Assembly (NCBI GenBank): GCA_963976585.1
Contig: CAXBLS010000001.1
Location: 1,787-65,786 of the forward strand
Origin: an uncultured Kordiimonadaceae bacterium
Lineage (GTDB): Bacteria; Pseudomonadota; Alphaproteobacteria; Sphingomonadales; Emcibacteraceae
Direction of reading: 5' to 3'
Length of the DNA stretch: 64,000 bases
Below, piece after piece: positions 59,001 through 64,000 of the stretch. Position numbers and translations under genes: made by a program. The notes below the pieces were generated by a model. It was not told the origin of the DNA. It did no database searches and saw only the letters and a list, made by a program, of their open reading frames with translations. Position 1 is the first letter of the stretch; each line of letters opens with the position of its first letter.

Positions 59001-59592
59001 TCCTTGGTTCTGTGCCAGCTAACAGTCGTTTGATATTTTCTTTATGTTTTAGTAGTATTAGAATACACAATATACTCGCAAGAATTGCAAGATTTATCTC
59101 AGAAAAATAATATCCGAATAGGGGGGAGGAGAGAGCAGCGATAAGCGCTGACAGGGAAGATATTCTAAACAGAAGCGCCGAAATTAACCATGTGGCACAG
59201 CATGCGAGGCCCGAGAGCGGATTTAAGGCAATCATAATGCCAAGGAAAGTTGCGACGCCCTTGCCACCGGTAAATTTAAGAAAAATCGAGTAAAGGTGCC
59301 CAAGAAATGCACCACCACCAGCATAAAGGCCAAGCCCGGGATAGAAATATTCGGCGACAAGGACTGCTGCGGCTCCCTTTCCGATATCCAGTATCAAAGT
59401 GAGCAGGGCGAGAAATTTATTTCCTGTGCGCAGTACGTTTGTTGCGCCGATATTGCCTGAACCGATTTTTCGGATATCACCGAGACCGGCGAGCCGTGTC
59501 AACACAAGGCCAAAAGGTATTGAACCGAGTATATATCCGCCAATAAGAGTAGCCAGAATTAAAATAATCGAATGATCAGCCACCATAATCAT
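58987..59592 (-). CDS. plsY: Glycerol-3-phosphate acyltransferase PlsY
   Basis: Multi-pass membrane ORF with GSIPFG, GSGNIGATN and KGGKGVAT motifs. I trimmed the start to an internal Met (59592 or 59586) because the 240-aa track ORF overlaps the upstream gene. Confidence 0.9.
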   Translation of the reverse strand: MIMVADHSIILILATLIGGYILGSIPFGLVLTRLAGLGDIRKIGSGNIGATNVLRTGNKFLALLTLILDIGKGAAAVLVAEYFYPGLGLYAGGGAFLGHLYSIFLKFTGGKGVATFLGIMIALNPLSGLACCATWLISALLFRISSLSALIAALSSPLFGYYFSEINLAILASILCILILLKHKENIKRLLAGTEPRIGKK

Positions 59593-60859
59593 AAACGCTT
59601 TCGCCGCCGACCACGGTTTTGATGACGCGGCCTTGCACGGGTCTTCCGTCAAAACAGGTGTTTTTGGTAATGCTGACCATTTTTTCCGCGTCAATTCTGT
59701 AGGGGGCATTCAAATCAAAAATACATAGATCTGCCGGCGCCCCAATTTTGAGGCGGCCGCTGTCTAGGCCCATGATTTTGGCTGGGTTAGATGTCAATTT
59801 AGATAGGATATTGAGAAGATCGAGACTACCATTATGATGCATTTCAAGGCAAACATTGAGGAGTGTTTCAAGTCCGATCACTCCTGCTTCTGCCTGCTCA
59901 AACGGCACCCGTTTGCTTTCTGGGTCCTCCGGATCATGCCCGCTGACAATAACGTCGATGGTGCCATCTTTTAAGGCTTTAATTACAGCGACCCTGTCAT
60001 CTTCACCGCGAAGGGGCGGCGATAACTTTGTAAATGTACGGTAATCTTCAATGGCATATTCATTGAGTGAAAGATGGGGCACCGCAACACCGGCCGTAAC
60101 CCTAAGACCATCATCTTTGGCTTTTTGAAGGATGTCAATACTATCTGCGCAAGTGATCTGTGAGGCGTGGTAGCGACAATTGGAAGATTTAAGAAGCCGC
60201 ATGTCACGTTCTAGGATGATGGTTTCCGCAGCGGTTGGAATGCCGGGCAGACCCAGCCTGGTTGCCAGGTCGCCTGCGTTCATGCAGCCATTCCTTGCAA
60301 GGCTTGGCTCGGCAAGGTGAGGGACAATCAGAGCATCAAAGGCGGCCGCATATTTAAAAATACGGTTCATGATCGCTGCATTTTCAATTGTGCTGCTGCA
60401 ATCGGTAAAAGCCTTGTATCCTGCTTTGGCCATCAGTCCAATTTCTGTCATTTCCTTGCCCTCAAGCTGCTTGGTCACTGCTGGCATGGCAATAAAATTG
60501 ACCAGAGCATTTTTGGCACGGATGGCAAGATATTCGATATGTGGGATACTATCGATAATCGGATCGGTATTTGGCTGCACGCAAACTGTGGTCACACCGC
60601 CAGCTGCGGCGGCGTCTCCGGTATTTTCAATGGTGTCTTTATAATCGGCACCTGGAATACCGACAAAAACGCGCATGTCGATGAGGCCCGGACACAGGCA
60701 GTTTCCTTTAAGGTCAATGATCTCTGCGCCATCAGGAGCATCTATTTTCTCACCGAGGGCAGCGATTTTACTGTTTTTTGTCAGAAGGTCCCCTTTGATA
60801 TCCAGGCCGCTAGCAGGGTCGAGTAGTCGGGCATTTTTATAGAGGATCAGTTTGCTCAT
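59576..60859 (-). CDS. pyrC: Dihydroorotase-like protein with degenerate metal/catalytic residues (PyrC'-type), adjacent to pyrB
   Basis: 427-aa ORF collinear with type I dihydroorotases. It reads [14 protein letters not shown] where active enzymes have DxHxH, and VSGHDPE where they have TDHAPH. Confidence 0.8.
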   Translation of the reverse strand: MSKLILYKNARLLDPASGLDIKGDLLTKNSKIAALGEKIDAPDGAEIIDLKGNCLCPGLIDMRVFVGIPGADYKDTIENTGDAAAAGGVTTVCVQPNTDPIIDSIPHIEYLAIRAKNALVNFIAMPAVTKQLEGKEMTEIGLMAKAGYKAFTDCSSTIENAAIMNRIFKYAAAFDALIVPHLAEPSLARNGCMNAGDLATRLGLPGIPTAAETIILERDMRLLKSSNCRYHASQITCADSIDILQKAKDDGLRVTAGVAVPHLSLNEYAIEDYRTFTKLSPPLRGEDDRVAVIKALKDGTIDVIVSGHDPEDPESKRVPFEQAEAGVIGLETLLNVCLEMHHNGSLDLLNILSKLTSNPAKIMGLDSGRLKIGAPADLCIFDLNAPYRIDAEKMVSITKNTCFDGRPVQGRVIKTVVGGESVYDYGG

Positions 60860-61809
60860 TGGTCGCCTCCTCTTTTTGACCTTGTCAGCAGATCAAGGCA
60901 GGCCATTCTCACGGCTACCCCCATTTCCACTTGTTCTTGTATGGCGCTGCGGGTCAGGTCATCTGCGACCGCCGCGTCAATTTCAACGCCGCGGTTCATG
61001 GGACCAGGATGCATAATAAGTGCGTCTTCCTTGGCATTTTCCAGCTTTTCATAATCAAGGCCGTAAAGGGAGAAATATTCGCTCACTGTCGGGAAATATC
61101 CGCCGTGCATACGTTCTGTCTGTAAGCGCAGCATCATGACAATGTCGCAGTCTTTTAAGCCTTCTTCCATATCATAAAAAACTTCCGCGCCAAGCTTCTC
61201 GGCGCCTGCCGGAATCAACGTCGGCGGGCCGATAAGTCGTACACGTGCCCCCATAATATTCAGAAGATGGATGTTTGACCGCGCGACCCGGCTATGAAGA
61301 ACGTCGCCGCAGATGGCGACAGTGAGCCGTGCGATCCGCCCTTTGCGCCTGCGTATGGTCAGGGCATCAAGCAGCGCTTGTGTTGGATGCTCGTGTTTGC
61401 CGTCACCGGCATTGATGACCGCGCAATCAACTTTACGGGACAGTAGCTTAACAGCACCCGATGATCCATGACGAACCACCAGCAAGTCCGGCCGCATAGC
61501 ATTAAGTGTTGATGCGGTATCGATCAGAGTTTCACCTTTTTTGATGGATGATGTCGACGTGGACATATTAATAACGTCGGCGCCCAGCCTTTTGCCTGCA
61601 AGTTCAAATGACATACGGGTTCGGGTGGAATTTTCAAAGAATAGGTTGATCTGGGTCAGACCTTCAAGCAGGTCTTTTTTCTTATTTGTTCGCCGGTTCT
61701 GTTCCACATACTGATCGGAAAGATCAAGAATCTGGGTGATTTCATCCTCTTTAAGGCCTTCAATACCAAGAAGATGGTGATGTGGGAACGAAGCTTCGGA
61801 TGCTGACAT
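60856..61809 (-). CDS. pyrB: Aspartate carbamoyltransferase catalytic subunit
   Basis: 317-aa ORF with [21 protein letters not shown] and [11 protein letters not shown] signatures. ATGA-type overlap with the downstream pyrC-like gene. Confidence 0.95.
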   Translation of the reverse strand: MSASEASFPHHHLLGIEGLKEDEITQILDLSDQYVEQNRRTNKKKDLLEGLTQINLFFENSTRTRMSFELAGKRLGADVINMSTSTSSIKKGETLIDTASTLNAMRPDLLVVRHGSSGAVKLLSRKVDCAVINAGDGKHEHPTQALLDALTIRRRKGRIARLTVAICGDVLHSRVARSNIHLLNIMGARVRLIGPPTLIPAGAEKLGAEVFYDMEEGLKDCDIVMMLRLQTERMHGGYFPTVSEYFSLYGLDYEKLENAKEDALIMHPGPMNRGVEIDAAVADDLTRSAIQEQVEMGVAVRMACLDLLTRSKRGGDQ

Positions 61810-61899
61810 ATTCAGTCCTTAATTGTGCGGTTTTATAAGGTTCTGAAAATCAAGTATATAGATGTAATCGGGGCTGAGGGCAAGTGATTTGTTGATTTC

Positions 61900-62361
61900 C
61901 TAATTCCGCGATAAATTATCAAGAACTCCTTGTAAAATATAGGATGCCGCCATTTTATCGACAAGTTCGTCGCGGCGTTTGCGACTGGTGTCGGCCTCCA
62001 GCAATGTTCGTGTCACGGCGATGGTTGAAAGTCGTTCATCCCAGAAACAAATGGCGATATCGGTTTTTTCGGCCATGTTTTTTGCGAACTGGCGTGTTGA
62101 TTGGCAGCGCGGGCCTTCACTGCCGTCCATATTTTTAGGAAGGCCAAGAACCAAGCCTCCGACATTTTGCTCGGCAATTATATTAAGAAGGCGCTCCGCA
62201 TCCTTGGTGAATTTGGTCCTGCGGATCGTTTCCATCGGCGTCGCCACGGTGCGCATGATATCGGAGAGCGCGATGCCGATTGTCTTTGATCCAAGGTCAA
62301 GCCCAAGTAATCGCTGCCCTTTTTTTAAGGTACTGCTCAGTTGATTGATTTCTATTTCCAT
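61900..62361 (-). CDS. ruvX: Putative pre-16S rRNA nuclease / Holliday junction resolvase-like YqgF
   Basis: 153-aa ORF with [33 protein letters not shown] and DERLST motifs of the YqgF family. Confidence 0.9.
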   Translation of the reverse strand: MEIEINQLSSTLKKGQRLLGLDLGSKTIGIALSDIMRTVATPMETIRRTKFTKDAERLLNIIAEQNVGGLVLGLPKNMDGSEGPRCQSTRQFAKNMAEKTDIAICFWDERLSTIAVTRTLLEADTSRKRRDELVDKMAASYILQGVLDNLSRN

Positions 62362-62445
62362 GAGCCATCTTATACAGCGATCTATTCAGTATTTCCAATA
62401 TATATTTCGCTTGTATTTATGGCCAAACTGTTTAACCTAATCTCT

Positions 62446-62540
62446 ATTCCTAGGGGAGTCTTTGAGACTGAGATTCTATACTAAAAGCATAGTAACCCTT
62501 AGAACCTGATCCGGGTTATTCCGGCGGAGGGAAGGAATCT
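62446..62540 (+). promoter_or_regulatory. TPP (THI-box) riboswitch upstream of thiC
   Basis: It contains the conserved elements GGGGAG...CTGAGA...ACCCTTAGAACCTGATCCGGGTTATTCCGGCGGAGGGAAGG. It lies about 70 nt upstream of the thiC ATG, and thiC is a classical TPP-riboswitch target. Confidence 0.88.
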
Positions 62541-62567
62541 AAAAAATTCTAAAACCGTTACCGCTAG

Positions 62568-64000
<1,433 letters not shown>

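Overview
This 64 kb window reads as core chromosome of an alphaproteobacterium. GC looks like the mid-40s % by eye; I did not compute it.

Lineage evidence: divK-pleD, mipZ, ATP12-family, DUF1489-like and DUF3572-like genes, and a dinB with an N-terminal zinc-ribbon-like extension.

Gene content, in order:
- 1-12.2 kb: the end of the S10 operon, then the spc operon with secY and adk, then the alpha operon (rpsM-rpsK-rpoA-rplQ). infA, rpmJ and rpsD are absent.
- 12.3-25.3 kb: housekeeping genes fbaA, an HtrA-family protease, rarA, cfa, crcB, a pseudouridine synthase, a HAD hydrolase, ATP12, pccB-pccA-acyP, lipB, a stand-alone FliN-like gene and tRNA-Leu(GAG).
- 25.5-29.4 kb: a run of exported hydrolases and a lipoprotein.
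- 29.4-39.1 kb: an aminotransferase, mgtE, mipZ with a Pam18-like J-domain gene, a phosphohexomutase and clpS-clpA.
- 39.1-49 kb: mixed accessory-looking genes. These are tandem small secreted paralogs, GNATs, a GDPD, RidA, a GGDEF protein, a Tat-signal cupin-like protein, a TetR regulator and two exported hydrolases.
- 49-64 kb: dinB, divK-pleD, rpmG, rnr, topA, dprA, plsY, a pyrC-like gene, pyrB, ruvX and a TPP riboswitch with thiC, which is cut by the window edge.

I found no transposase, integrase, phage gene, CRISPR array, toxin-antitoxin pair or recognisable defence system. I cannot point to a convincing new multi-gene system.

The loci most worth a second look:
- the mipZ / Pam18-like J-domain operon;
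- the tandem Cys-containing secreted paralogs with their repeat-bearing AT-rich spacer;
- the exported M19 / M55 / lipoprotein cluster beside tRNA-Leu;
- the orphan FliN-like gene with a palindromic operator-like site;
- a dihydroorotase-like gene with a degenerate active site next to pyrB.

All functional calls come from reading the translated ORFs against remembered family signatures. No database search was run.
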